In this document: one piece after another, positions 9,707 through 23,334 of the stretch
How positions within the stretch are numbered: position 1 is the stretch's first letter
Layout: each line of letters begins with the position of its first letter
Assembly (NCBI RefSeq): GCF_006345805.1
Contig: NW_021834260.1
Span: 1 to 50,175, forward strand
Reading direction: 5' to 3'
Source: Octopus sinensis
Lineage: Eukaryota
Length of the DNA stretch: 50,175 nucleotides
Notes under the pieces: generated by a model
Told to the model about the DNA's origin: nothing
The model's input: the letters and a program-made list of their open reading frames with translations, nothing else
The model's database searches: none
Position numbers and translations under genes: made by a program

Positions 9707-12700
9707 CATACATATATATATACACACACACACACATATATATACATACATATATATATACACACACACACACATATATATACATACATATATATATATA
9801 CACACACACACACATATATATACATACATATATATATACATATACACACACACACATATATATACACATACATATATATATATATACACACACATATATA
9901 TATATATATATAATATATATATACACACACACACATATAGATACATACATTACTATATATACACACATATATACATACATATATATATACACACACACAC
10001 ACATATAGATACATACATATATAATATACACACACCACACACATATATATAAATCATTATATCTATACACACACACACACATATAGATACATACATATAT
10101 ATATACACACACACACACACATATATATATACATATATATATCATACATATATATACATACATATATATATACATATACACATATATACCACACACATAT
10201 ATATATACATACATATATATACATATACACACACACACACATATATATATATACATACATATATATATATATATACACACACACATATATATATACATAC
10301 ATATCAATAGGTGTTTAATTGGAATCTGTGTGGAGGGATGTTTGTATGTGCATGGATGTGTTTGTGTGTGTCTGTGTATGTGTCTGTAGATGCATTTGTG
10401 TGTGTCTCTCTTTGTAGGTGTGTACTTGTAGGTTTTTGTATGTGTGATGTTGTGACAAGGGTGGTGGCGGTGGTGGAGTGTGATACCAAGGGAGTGAGAG
10501 ACAAGACAATACTGTTGTTGTTGCTGCTGTAGTATATGTCTGTCTGTTTGTCTGACTCATCACTGTGGAATGTTGTCTGATTCTTCATGTGGATTCACAA
10601 TAGACATTGTTGTGTGATGGCGGTGGTGATCACAGCTAATGGCGGTGGTAGTGGTGATTATAGATATTGGTGTGCCAACACCTGCAGTGGTGGTAGTGGT
10701 GATGGTTAAGCCAATGGTAGTGGTGGTGGGGGCGGCGATTATAGTTATTGGCATGCCAATACCAGTGGTGGTGGTAAGGAAGGTGATTGTTGGTGTAGTG
10801 GTGGTGGCGGCTGTTGTGGTTTCTGGGGTAGTGATCACTGTTATTGTTGTTGTGGTAGCGTTGATGCAGTTATAGTGTTTAGTGGTAGTGATTGCTGGTA
10901 CAGTGGTTGTGGTTTGTGTGGTAGTACAGGTGATGAAGAGGTGAGAATTGGTAGTGGAGTTTACGGTGATTGTTGTGGTGGAGGTGGTAGGGCAATGTGG
11001 TGCAGTGCAGTTGTGCAGTAGTACTTGGTGGTGAGGTGAGAATTGGTAGTGGTTATGCTGGTACGGTGGTTGTGGTTTGGTGTGGTAGTACAGGTGATGA
11101 AGAGGTGAGAATTGGTAGGTGGAGTTACGGTGATTGTTGTGGTGGACGGTGGTAGTGGCAATGTGGTTGCAGTTTGTGCAGTAGTACTTGGTGGTGAGGT
11201 GAGAATTGGTAGTGGTTATTGCTGGTACGGTGGTTGTGGTTTGTGTGGTAGTACAGGTGATGAGGAGGTGAGAATTGGTAGTGGAGTTTACGGTGATTGT
11301 TGTGGTGGAGGTGGTAGTGGCAATGTGGTTGCAGTTTGTGCAGTAGTACTTGGTGGTGAGGTGAGAATTGGTAGTGGTTATTGCTGGTACGGTGGTTGTG
11401 GTTTGTGTGGTAGTACAGGTGATGAAGAGGTGAGAATTGGTAGTGGAGTTTACGGTGATTGTTGTGGTGGAGGTGGTAGTGGCAATGTGGTTGCAGTTTG
11501 TGCAGTAGTACTGGTGGTGAGGTGAGAATCGGTAGTGGTTATTGCTGGTACGGTGGTTGTGGTTTGTGTGGTAGTACAAGTGATGAGGAGGTGAGAATTG
11601 GTAGTGGAGTTTACGGTGATTGTTGTGGTGGAGGTGGTAGTGGCAATGTGGTTGCAGTTTGTGCAGTAGTACTGGTGGTGAGGTGAGAATCGGTAGTGGT
11701 TATTGCTGGTACGGTGGTTGTGGTTTGTGTGGTAGTACAGGTGATGAGGAGGTGAGAATTGGTAGTGGAGTTTACGGTGATTGTGTGGTGGAGGTGGTGG
11801 TAGTGGCAATGTGGTTGCAGTTGTGCCAGTAGTACTGGTGGTGAGGTGAGAATCGGTAGTGGTTATTGCTGGTAGGTGGTGGTTGTGGTTTGTGTGGTAG
11901 TACAGGTGATGAGGAGGTGAGAATTGGTAGTGGAGTGGAGTTTACGGTGATTGTTGTGGTGGAGGTGGTAGGGCAATGTGGTTGCAGTTTGTGCAGTAGT
12001 ACTGGTGGTGAGGTGAGAATCGGTAGGGTTATGCTGGTACGGTGGTGTGGTTTGTGTGGTAGTACAGGTGATGAGGAGGGAGAATTGGTAGTGGAGTTTA
12101 CGGTGATTGTTGTGGTGGAGGTGGTAGTGGCAATGTGGTTGCAGTTTGTGCAGGAATTGGTAGTGGTTATTGCTGGTACAGTGGTTGTGGTTTGTGTGGT
12201 AGTACAGGTGATGAAGAGGTGAGAATTGGTAGTGGTTGCCATGGAAGTAGTGGCTTTAATAGCAATTGTTGTTGGCAATGTGGTTAGGGTGGTGATTGCA
12301 GTTTGGGTGCTGGTGGTGAAGAGATGAGAGACAGTAGTATATTATTGGTGTTGTTGGTATAGTATTTGTGGGTGGTGGGCAGATTAGGAATATGGTAGTG
12401 GAACCATGTGGTAAGGAAGAAAACTTCTTAGCCACGCCCTCTGCTTATATTCTCCTTTTCTTTTATCCTTTTTTCATTGGACTGTGGCCATGCTGGAGGA
12501 GTTTCATTTTCTTTTTTCCCCTTTAATTCCTTCAATCCAAGCACTGCTGCCACCCCCTTCCCCCCACCCTCTTCTTTACTCGCCCCACCAACTCTCCCTT
12601 TTTTTTCTTTCCTACTTTGTCATCTCCACCCCCACCAACTCTCCCTTTTTTCTCCAACCCACCACTGTCACCTCCACCACTTTTGACGTTTCAAATTATT

Positions 12701-15700
12701 GTCCTCTCGTAAGTCTGGCAAATTGATTTAATTAAATAATTATGGAATTATCCCCACCCCACACACACAACATGCTCTCCCTACCCTGCACACTCACTGG
12801 AACCCAGCCTGTCAATGAGATGACACCTCCACTATCGCCACCGCTCTTCCTTCTGTATCTATTTCATCCCCTGTTCTGCTTAACCTGACTAAGCCTGTTG
12901 TCCCCACCCCCTGTCTCTTTCCCACTATCTCAGGTGGGTGGTGGTGGTATTGACACCAGTCAACTCATCCTGCCCCTCCCCACTTTTCTTTCTTCCACCA
13001 CCACTAACATCATCATCAGCAGCAGCAGCAACATCGTCCCCACTATCATGAATATCACTACCACCACCCACAGATACCTATTTCTTTATTACCCACAAGG
13101 GGCTAAACACAGAGGGGACAAACAAAGACAGACATAGGTATTAAGTCGATTACATCGACCCCAGTGCGTAACTGGTACTTAATTTATCGACCCCGAAAGG
13201 ATGAAAGGCAAAGTCGACCTTGGCGGAATTTGAACTCACAATGTAATGGCAGACGAAATACCGCTAAGCATTTCGCCTGGCGTGCTAACGTTTCTGCCAG
13301 CTCGCCACCCACGGATACCATCATCGTTGTAAACTTCCCTCACCTCTACCTCCTCCTCTTGGCCTGTACACACCAACAGACTCTCAACTGCCATTTAGTA
13401 ATAAACTCAAAAGATTCCATTAGCTTCTGTGATGCCTATGTATCTATGAAAATGAAAGCAGGAACACTAAAATGTATTGTCCATGCCTGCAACACCTTGT
13501 CAGTGTGAGTGTGTCAAAAACATTATGATATCTGATTGGCAGCTGATGATGGAGCTATGTTTGTGGTACCTGTTATCTGCGAATCTTTTGTATCTTTGTT
13601 CTGCATCATTCTAAGTTGTCCTTCATTCTTGTAGGGTTGACCTTATTAAATTATTCTTAGTTTCTTGGGTTTATGGTGCTTTTGTTGCAAATTTTATACC
13701 ATACATTGATTGTCCTTCATAGGGTATCTACTTGTGTGTCTGCCCGTCTTCTATATCTATCTATCTTCCGTCTCTCTCTCTCTATCTGTCCTTCTCTGTC
13801 TCTCTTTCTCCCTATCTGTCAATCTATCTCTCTCTCTCTTCATCTATCTTTCTCCCTGTCTGTCAATCTATCTATCTTCCATCTCTCTCTCTCCCTATCC
13901 ATCTATTTCTTCTATATCTCTCTATACACACACACATACATACATCCATGCCTGCCTGTATAGCTACAGTAAAAGTCACTTGTTCAGCAAGTGTTGCTGT
14001 GTGGTTAAGAAGCTTGCTTTTGCTTCCCAAACACATGGCTCTGGGTTCACTCCCACTGCGTGGCACCTTGGGCAAGTGTCTTCTACTAAAACCCTGGGCA
14101 GACCAAAGCGTTGTGAGTAGATTTGGGAAACAAAAACTGAAAGAAGCCCATCTGGTGTCTGTTTGTCTCCCAGCACTGTTTCACAACTGGTGTTAGTTTG
14201 TTTATATCTCGTTAACTTAGTCGTTTGGCAACAGAGACCGAATGACTAATCCCAGAACTTTTCTTTTTAAGCCTGTTACCTATTCTGTCAGCCTCTATTG
14301 TCAAATCGCTAAGTTACCAGGTGTAAACAAACCAACACTGGCTGTCAAGTGGTGCTGGAGGACACACACACACACGTATATGGCAGGCTTCTTTCAGTTT
14401 CCATCTACTAAACCCACTCACAAGGCTTCAGTTGGCTCAAGGCTATAGTAGAAAATACTTGCCTGAGGTGCTACGCAGTGGGACTGAACCTTGAACGATG
14501 TGGTTGTGAAAGCAGCTTCTTACCACACAGCCATGCCTACACACATACGTACATATATATATATAATGTACACACACACACACAAAGTCACAAACGAGAG
14601 AAATAGTTTAATGAAATTATATTTAACTGTAAGAAAATTCTAATTTCATAACAAATTGTTTTGTAACTTAATAACATCTAAATAATTTATATTTTATTTA
14701 ATAATAAATAAATTACTTACATATACATATGTATATGTGTGTGTATGTATGTATATATGCATGCATGTATGTGTATATATATATATATGTATGTATGTCT
14801 ATATATATATATGTATGTATACATAGATATATTTATGTATACTTAGATGTATTTATGTGTGTGTATATATATATATATATGTATGTATATATAGATGTAT
14901 TTATGTATGTGTGTATATATATATATGTATGTATACTTAGATGTATTTATGTGTGTGTATATATATATACACACACACATATGTACGTATACATAGATGC
15001 ATTTATGTATGTATATATATATATATATACATGTATATATATATATATGTATTTGTGTGTGTGTATGTATATATATATATAGTGTTGCTTTGCAGGTGTA
15101 GTATTTGCAAACAAGTGTAATAGGATTTTAGCCCTTTTAATGGCAGGCCACTTGGGATCATTCTTGATAATAAAAGCAGTCAGGGTTTAGATTACAATTT
15201 AGATAGAAAACATCTAAAATAGATGCAGGCAACATAAAATGTATGATTATGGAGATTGCTTTGCTACCGTGAGGAATAACAAAAGTTGGCAGGTCAGTTT
15301 ATTGTAGAGGCATCTAGTAACCTTATACTAATCCAGGGAAGCTATAAGTGCTTCTCCTAAAAAAAGTCTCAAAGGTTCACGAATGTACCTTATGTATATA
15401 TATTTATATCATCATCATCATTTAACGTCCGTTTTCCATGCTAGCATGGGTTGGACAGTTCAACTGGGGTCTGGGAAGCTGCACCAGGCTCCGGTCTTAT
15501 CTGGCAATGTTTCTACGGCTGGATGCCCTTCCTAACGCCAACCACTCCGTAAGTGTAGTGGGTGCTTTTTACATGCCACCCGCACAGGTGCCAGACGGTG
15601 CTGGCAAACGGCCACGAATGGATGGTGCTTTTACGTGCCATATATATATATGGGGGCAACAAAATGGAGGATATATAGGTTGAAGGTGTGTATATATAAA

Positions 15701-18700
15701 TATATAGGCGTAGGAGTGACTGTGTGGTAAGTAGCTTGCTTACCAACCACATGGTTCCGGGTTCAGTCCCACTGCGTGGCATCTTGGGCAAGTGTCTTCT
15801 GCTATAGCCCTGGGCCGACCAAAGCCTTGTGAGTGGATTTGGTAGACGGAAACTGAAAGAAGCCCGTCATATATATATATATGTATGTGTGTCTGTGTTT
15901 GTCCCCCCCTCCCCGACAACCGATGCTGGTGTGTTTACGTCCCCGTCACTTAGCGGTTCAGCAAAAAGAGACCGATAGAATAAGTACTGGGCTTACAAAG
16001 AATAAGTCCCGGGGTCGATTTGCTCGACTAAAGGCAGTGCTCCAGCATGGCCACAGTCAAATGACTGAAACAAGTAAAAGAGTAAATAAAGAGTATAAAC
16101 AAAAATAAAAGTGTTTTTTTTTAAAAGAATTGTTGGGGCTTCTCTGAGATAGTTAATTCTGGGTCACCACGTATGTATATACATTTGTATGCACGCATGT
16201 ACACACAGACACAAACATCTCATATCTCATCTTTATTTATATCACACTCCGTTATCTTCTTCCACTTTCTCTTTCTCTCTATCATTCAACAACTCTTGAC
16301 CTTTGCCTCGTGTTAAATATTTTCATTTCCTGTTCATTCAATCTTTTCACAGGAGAACTTTGTTGAAGTCATGGAGAACCAGGAATTCCTAAAGCTGGCC
16401 CCTGACGATGTGGGCAAGCTACTGTCCAGTGAAGACCTCAATGTACCGAGTGAAGAGACCATATTCCAGGCACTGAAGGCCTGGGCGAAACACGACCTCA
16501 CCAACAGGAAGAGGCATTTGTCCAAATTACTGTCTCATATAAAACTGCCCCTCATGGCACCACAGGTAAGCCCTATTTTGTTTATGGCTGCTCGGGGGTC
16601 TTTGTTGTTTACTGCTCATCTCATCCCTCCAAATAAGTCTTGGTCCAACGGACATAGTGTATCTAGGACTACATTATCTAATGTGTTCATCCGTTGTTGA
16701 TAATGTAGTCTTAGTATAAGCATAGGAGTGGCTGTGTGGCTCCGGGTTCAGTCCCACTGCGTGGCACCTTAGGCAAGTGTCTTCTACTATAGCCTCGGGC
16801 CAACCAAAGCCTTGTGAGTGGATTTGGTAGACGGAAACTGAAAGAAGCCCGTCGTATATATATGTGTGTGTGTCTTTGACGTCGTCCCCCCACATCGTTT
16901 GACAACCGATGGTGGTGTGTTTAGGTTCCCGTCACTTAGCAGTTCGGCAAAAGAGACCGATAGAATAAGTACTAGGCTTACAAAGAATAAGTCCCGGGGT
17001 CAATTTGATTCAACTAAAGGTGGTGCTCCAGCATGGCCATGGTCAAATGATTGAAACAAGTAAAAGAGTAAAGAAATACACAATGTCTAAATATGACAGG
17101 GAGGTCATGGTTGGCATACTTTTCATCATGTGTGCTTTGTAGTTGTTTAACCTTAAGTCGGCCTGAATCCAGAAGACTCTATGATCAGAGATACTCCAGT
17201 CATGACCATCCTGTCTTTAAATCAGACATAGTGTATCTAGGCTACATGAAAGGTTCATAACCATGGTCCATATATACACTTGTATCATCGTCATCGTTTA
17301 ACATCCGTTTTCCATGCTAGCATGGGTTGGACAGTTCGACCGGGGATCTGGGAAGCCAGGCTACACCAGGCTCCAATCTGATCTGGCAGTCTTTCTACAG
17401 CTGGATGCCCTTCCTAATGCCAACCACTCCGTGAGTGTAGTGGGTGCTTTTTACATGCCACAGGCATCACAACTACAATTTCCATTTGATGCTGATGTAC
17501 TTGACTCAATAGGTCTCCTCAAACACAGCAGGTCGCCCTAAGATCCAAGGTACTTTGGATGGGTTGGGGCTTCTATGTGAAGCTGGTGCAGGAAACAGCT
17601 ATGAACTCACGTTATTTGTCAGGTCTTCACAGTCACAGCATATCTCCAGAGGTCTTGGTCCTTCGTCATTGCCTCACATATGTCTGTGCATTCTATTATA
17701 AATTTGAGTTATGTTCATTAACTCCTTCTAGACCGTTAGTGCAAGGACAACAATACTTAAACCAGCAACTCCCTTAATCCCAGGGAATGTCCTAAGGGAG
17801 TCTAATTTTTTAAGGGCCCCACTCATTTCTACTGCATTTTAAACTAAACACATTGACGACCAAACTGGAGCAATGACAATAAATTTCATACCATGAACTC
17901 TCGGGGAGTATTGTAAGGAGGTTCAATTTCTGAAGGGTCACTTAAATGGGGCCCCACTGAGCCCCCTATTTTTACTGCATTTACTTCCTCCGACGCTTAT
18001 TGATTAAACTTTGGTCAGTATCAGTGTTTAGCACATTTGCAGAAATAGGTTTGGGTATTCTAAATACCTTAACGTAACATTCAATCAAGATAAAGAGTTA
18101 GAACAGGTACGTCTCAGGTGTAGCAGTGTGGATTTTGTAGGTTATGAAACCTATCTCTAGTATATATACACACACACACATACAAGTTCAGCTATGTATA
18201 TATGCATATATATATGTACAGGTATGTGTGTGTGTATATATAGATGTGTTTGTGTATCAATAGATATGTATGTACACACACAAACACAGCAGTCTTCTTT
18301 CAAATTCTACTCACTTGGCTTTTGTTGGCCCTGGGCCATAGTAGAAGCCCCAGGCTAACATACAGTATGGTATTACAGATTCATAGAACTGATAGTTCAA
18401 TAGATCAAACAACCCAACACTGATCAATGAATAGATATCGATTGATTTCCTTCATCTGTATAATCTCTGTAAACAATTTTTCTTTGTTTTGGGTGTTGTC
18501 CAACCAAGATTTGAACCTTTTGTGTTTTCATTGCAGTTCATAGCCGACCACGTGCGGACAGACCCAATATTCTGGGATGACAAGGAATGCCAGGATCTCA
18601 TAATGGAAGCGCTCATGTACCACGTGTTACCTGAGAGGAGGTCGTCGTTCCAGAGTCAACGAACGAAACCTCGCAAGTCCACAGTCGGAGTTCTTTACGC

Positions 18701-21700
18701 TGTCGGAGCAATGGATAATGCAAAAGGTTGGTGTTTAGGGGACAAAAGGGCTGGTGGCAACCCTGTTGTGGCAGTGTTATAGTCATGGTGACAGTGGTAA
18801 CGAGGGGTTGTGGTGGTGGTGTCTTATATTTAACTGGTACTGTTCAGGACAGTCTGCTCTTGAAATTACGTGGCTGAGTACTCCACAGACACGTGTACCC
18901 TTAACGTAGTTCTCAGGGAGATTCAGCATGACACAGAGTGTGACAAGGCTGGCCCTTTGAAATACAGGTACTACTCATTTTTGATGCCTGGGCAGACTGG
19001 AGCAATGTGAAATAAAGTGTCTTGCTCAAGGACACAACATGTCACCAGGAATTGAACTTGTGATCCTGTTACACTAACCACTAAGCTGCATGCCTTCATG
19101 TTACATATACCATACACAGACATGCCCACACAGATAGACATGCATGCACGTACACAGACACACACACACATACTCACTCACAAAACAGGTATATGCACAC
19201 GTACATCACTATATATATACTTTATAATTAGGGTTCAGCAATGATTAGCTTCACCACACACCGGAGTTTAGAAATAGCAGTCAAAAAATCTTAGCTATTC
19301 CTTCTACTTTAAGGGGAACCTACCTTTAAAGTAGAAGGAATAGCTAAGATTTTGACTGCTATTTCTAAACTCCGGTGTGTGGTGAAGCTAATCATTGCTG
19401 AACCCTAATTATAAAGTATTACTTAAGCTTACCATGAAACGGTCTTTTTCAAGCCGAATTCTACTTGGTGAAATTACTAATTATTTCTTAATTAATTAAT
19501 TTCACCCTTTGTTATTATATATATACGTGGAGGCACAATGGCCCAGTGGACGGAGGATCATGGTTTTGATTCCCAGACCGGGCGTTGTGAGTGTTTATTG
19601 AGCAAAAACACCTAAAAGCTCCACGAGGCTCTGGCAGGGGATGGTGGTGAACCCTGCTGTACTCTTTCACCACTCTTTCTTCTGTTGGCCTGCTCGCTTA
19701 GCCAATGGGGTGGCGTCATTCGAAGGCTAAAACAATGTGAACGCATTGTGACCAGCGATGTGTAACAACATCTGATGGTCTGGTCGGTCACGTGATATAT
19801 ACATACATATACAAATTATATATGGATTACATAGATAATGAATGCCTTCCTTTTTTTATTCCCTTCATCTTTCACCGTGTCTCATTTCTCTTCTCTCTCG
19901 ACCGATGTCCATTTCAGGTGCCACAACGATTGAAAGATATGACCTCCGCACTAACACGTGGACCCAAGTTGCTAACATGAACGGACGACGGCTCCAGTTT
20001 GGCGTCGCCGTCCTTGACGGTCGCTTGTACGTGGTCGGTGGCCGGGACGGTCTGAAGACCCTGAACACTGTCGAATGTTACGACCCGAAACGGAAAACCT
20101 GGAGTTCCATGCCTCCCATGTCAACACATCGACATGGCTTAGGTAAGCATCACTCTCTCTCCTTCTCTCCTATCATCATCAAATATCCACTTTTCTATGC
20201 TGGAATGGATCAAGGGGAATTTGTTGAGGCAGATTCCTTACAACGGAAGGTTTACGAAAATAAACAAAAGACGAAGGCAGGTGGAGTACAAACAAACAAT
20301 GTATTAGTATGGCGCTCAGGAATAGAAATAGAACAAGTCTTTTACATTTCGAGCCTATGCTCTTCTACAGAAAAGAAACAATGACCTCCGTTGCAAATGC
20401 TGTATATGGATACAAACAGTGTGTGTTGGTAGCCAGCTGGAAAAGATGTTTACCCGGGGCTAAAACAACAATAACATCGTCCTTTAAAGGATTGCCACAT
20501 AAACATTAACATGTATATATTACTATTATTGTAACATCGTCTGCTTTCCCGTATACATTCGATGCTTTCTTCCAAGGAATCTAATGCTCTTAGCTTAGTT
20601 TTTCCTTGGGGCTGGCTGGATCGGAGCGATATCAGTCGAAATTGCGAGGATGATCCGGTTCCTGACTGAAGATTAGAGGCTTCGAATGATCCGTCTGTTT
20701 TTTTGTGTAGTTTACGTTCTTGTCCCATTTTATATATAAGTTTTATACATATATACTAATAAAAGGGTTCAGCAAATATTTGCTTCACCAAAAATCTCAG
20801 CTATTTCTTCTACTTTAAGATTTTTGGCTGCTATTTCTAAACTTCGGTGTGTGGTGAAGCTAATCTTTGCTGAACCCTTTTATTAGTATTACTTAAGTTT
20901 GCCGTGAAACGGTCCTTCTTTTCATACCAAATTCTACTTGGTGAAATTATTGATTACTTCTTAATTAATTAATTTTACCCTTTGTTATTATATATATAGA
21001 TTATAAGATATGTTGGGTCTCTATAGGGTCACTTAACTAGAAACAGCAGCCAAATCTCCCTATCCTTTTAAACAGGGTAAAGACATAAATGGGAGGATCA
21101 GATTTGACCTAGGGTTAAACAACAGCCAACACCTATCACCATCAAATCTAATGTTTTATCCCTTGTTTATCTGTGTATTAAATTTCTGTTTCTTTGTCTT
21201 GTAGGAGTTGGGGTTCTTGAAGGGCCAATGTATGCAGTCGGAGGACATGATGGCTGGTCGTATTTAAACACAGTCGAAAGGTGGGATCCTCAAGCGCGCC
21301 AGTGGAGTTATGTTGCCCCCATGTCAACTCCACGGAGTACTGTAGGAGTAGCTGTTCTTGGAGGAAAGTAAGTTGCTTCCCTTCATTTGTCACTCTTTAG
21401 CTTTTTTTTCACACACATCTTTAATGCTTTCTCTCTCTCCCTCATATCTGTTTCTTTATTGTCCACAAGGGGACAAAGTCGATCACATCGACCCCGAAAG
21501 GCAAAGTCGACCTCGGCGGAATCTGAATGTAACGGCAGAAATACCGCTAAGCATTTTGCCCAACATGCTAACATTTCTGTCAGCTTGATCTCTCTCTCTC
21601 ATTCTGTTACATCTTTACCCCATCTTTCATTAATCTCCTCCCCTTCTCTGCCTCCCACCAACCCTAAATCTTCTCTCTAACATGTTTATCCTTTCCATCT

Positions 21701-23301
21701 CATCCTGATATCTCTCTTTTCCACATTCTTTCTATCTCTTACACACTCTCTCCCCTCCCCCTCTCATGCACACCCATTCTACCTTTCCCCACTCCCTGGA
21801 ACCAAGCTTCAAAGTCTCTCTTGACCAGAACACCCCTATACATAACTCCATGGCCTTGCTTTTTGAGCCAAAAAATTAACTTAACTTCTTACCATACAGC
21901 CAATTTAGTGTATCTTAAAGCATGAAACTATCAGTAGACCTTCAGTATATTAAACAATATTTATCTCTCCCCGGATGGAATAGTTCTTTTTATGTCGATT
22001 CTTATTGTTATGGAACCGTAAACTATTTATTTATATATGTGTATATATATCTATCTATTTTCCAGATTGTATGCTGTTGGGGGCCGAGATGGTAGTTCGT
22101 GCCTGAAGTCGGTTGAGTGCTTTGACCCTCACACCAACAAGTGGACAGCATGTACGACCATGTCTAAACGTAGAGGAGGTGTAGGTGTCAGCACCTGCAA
22201 TGGCTTCCTCTATGCTGTGGGAGGGCACGAGGCCCCGGCTTCCAATCCCACCTGTTGTAGATTCGACTGTGCAGAAAGGTAAGCAACCCAATGCAATTGA
22301 TAGTCATGGTGAGATTGTGCCGTGCGACTGTCAGTAAGGTGGAGATGGTTGTGGTAGGATTGTCGTGATCGTCTCTCTACATTGAAGTTGCTTGTGGTGG
22401 GATTGTCAAAATGGCAGGATTGTCAGTATTGTAGAGGTGGTCATGATAGGATTGTCTGCATGTGGTGGAACTGTTGGTATGGTCTTGTTCGGATTGACAT
22501 TTGTACACACTAAATTGATTAGCACTATGCATGAAAGATTTCCTCCCCTGAACAACATTTGTAATTTTCTACTGATTAAAAAGGAAAAAAATAGTAATAA
22601 TAATTTCAAATTTTCCTACAAGGGCAGCAATTTGGGGTCAGGGGACAAGTCGATTACATCGACCTCCAGTGTCCAAATGGTACTTATTTTATTGACCCTG
22701 AAAGGATGAAAAGCAAAGTTGACTTTGGCAGAATTTGAACATAGCAACAGGTGAAATATTGCTAAGCATTTCATCCAGTGTGCTAAGAATTGTGTGCGTG
22801 ATAGGTGCAGGCATGGTTGTGTGGTTAGAAGCTTGCTTCCTGATCAAATGGTTAGGAGTTCAGTCTCACTATGTAGTAACCTTGGGCAAGTATCTTGGAT
22901 TAACCAAAGCCTTTTGAGTGGATTTGGTAGACGGAAACCCGTCGTATATAAATATATGGTATGTGTGGACGTTTTTGTATCAAGGGTTGTCCCCCATTGC
23001 CACGTTTACATCCCTGTTTCAATAAAAGAGACCAATAGAATGGAATAAGTACTAGACTTACAACGAATAAATCCTGGAGTCGATTTGTTTGAAGACACTG
23101 CTGCAGCATGGCCCACAGTCAAATGAAAGAATATATCCAAGCCCATTGTAAATATATATATTCGTGTAGGAGTAGCTTGCTTGCTTGCCAACCACATGGT
23201 TCTAGATTCCATCCCACTGCATGGCACCTTCTACCATAGTCTCAGACCAATCAAAGACTTGTTACTGGATTTGGTAAATGGAACCTGGAAGAAGCCTGTT
23301 G

Positions 23302-23334
<33 letters not shown>

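Noticed and set aside
19430-19460. GAAACGGTC as a possible hammerhead 3' half in the 19217 hairpin family
   Set aside because: No CUGANGA core or stem I partner found in either copy
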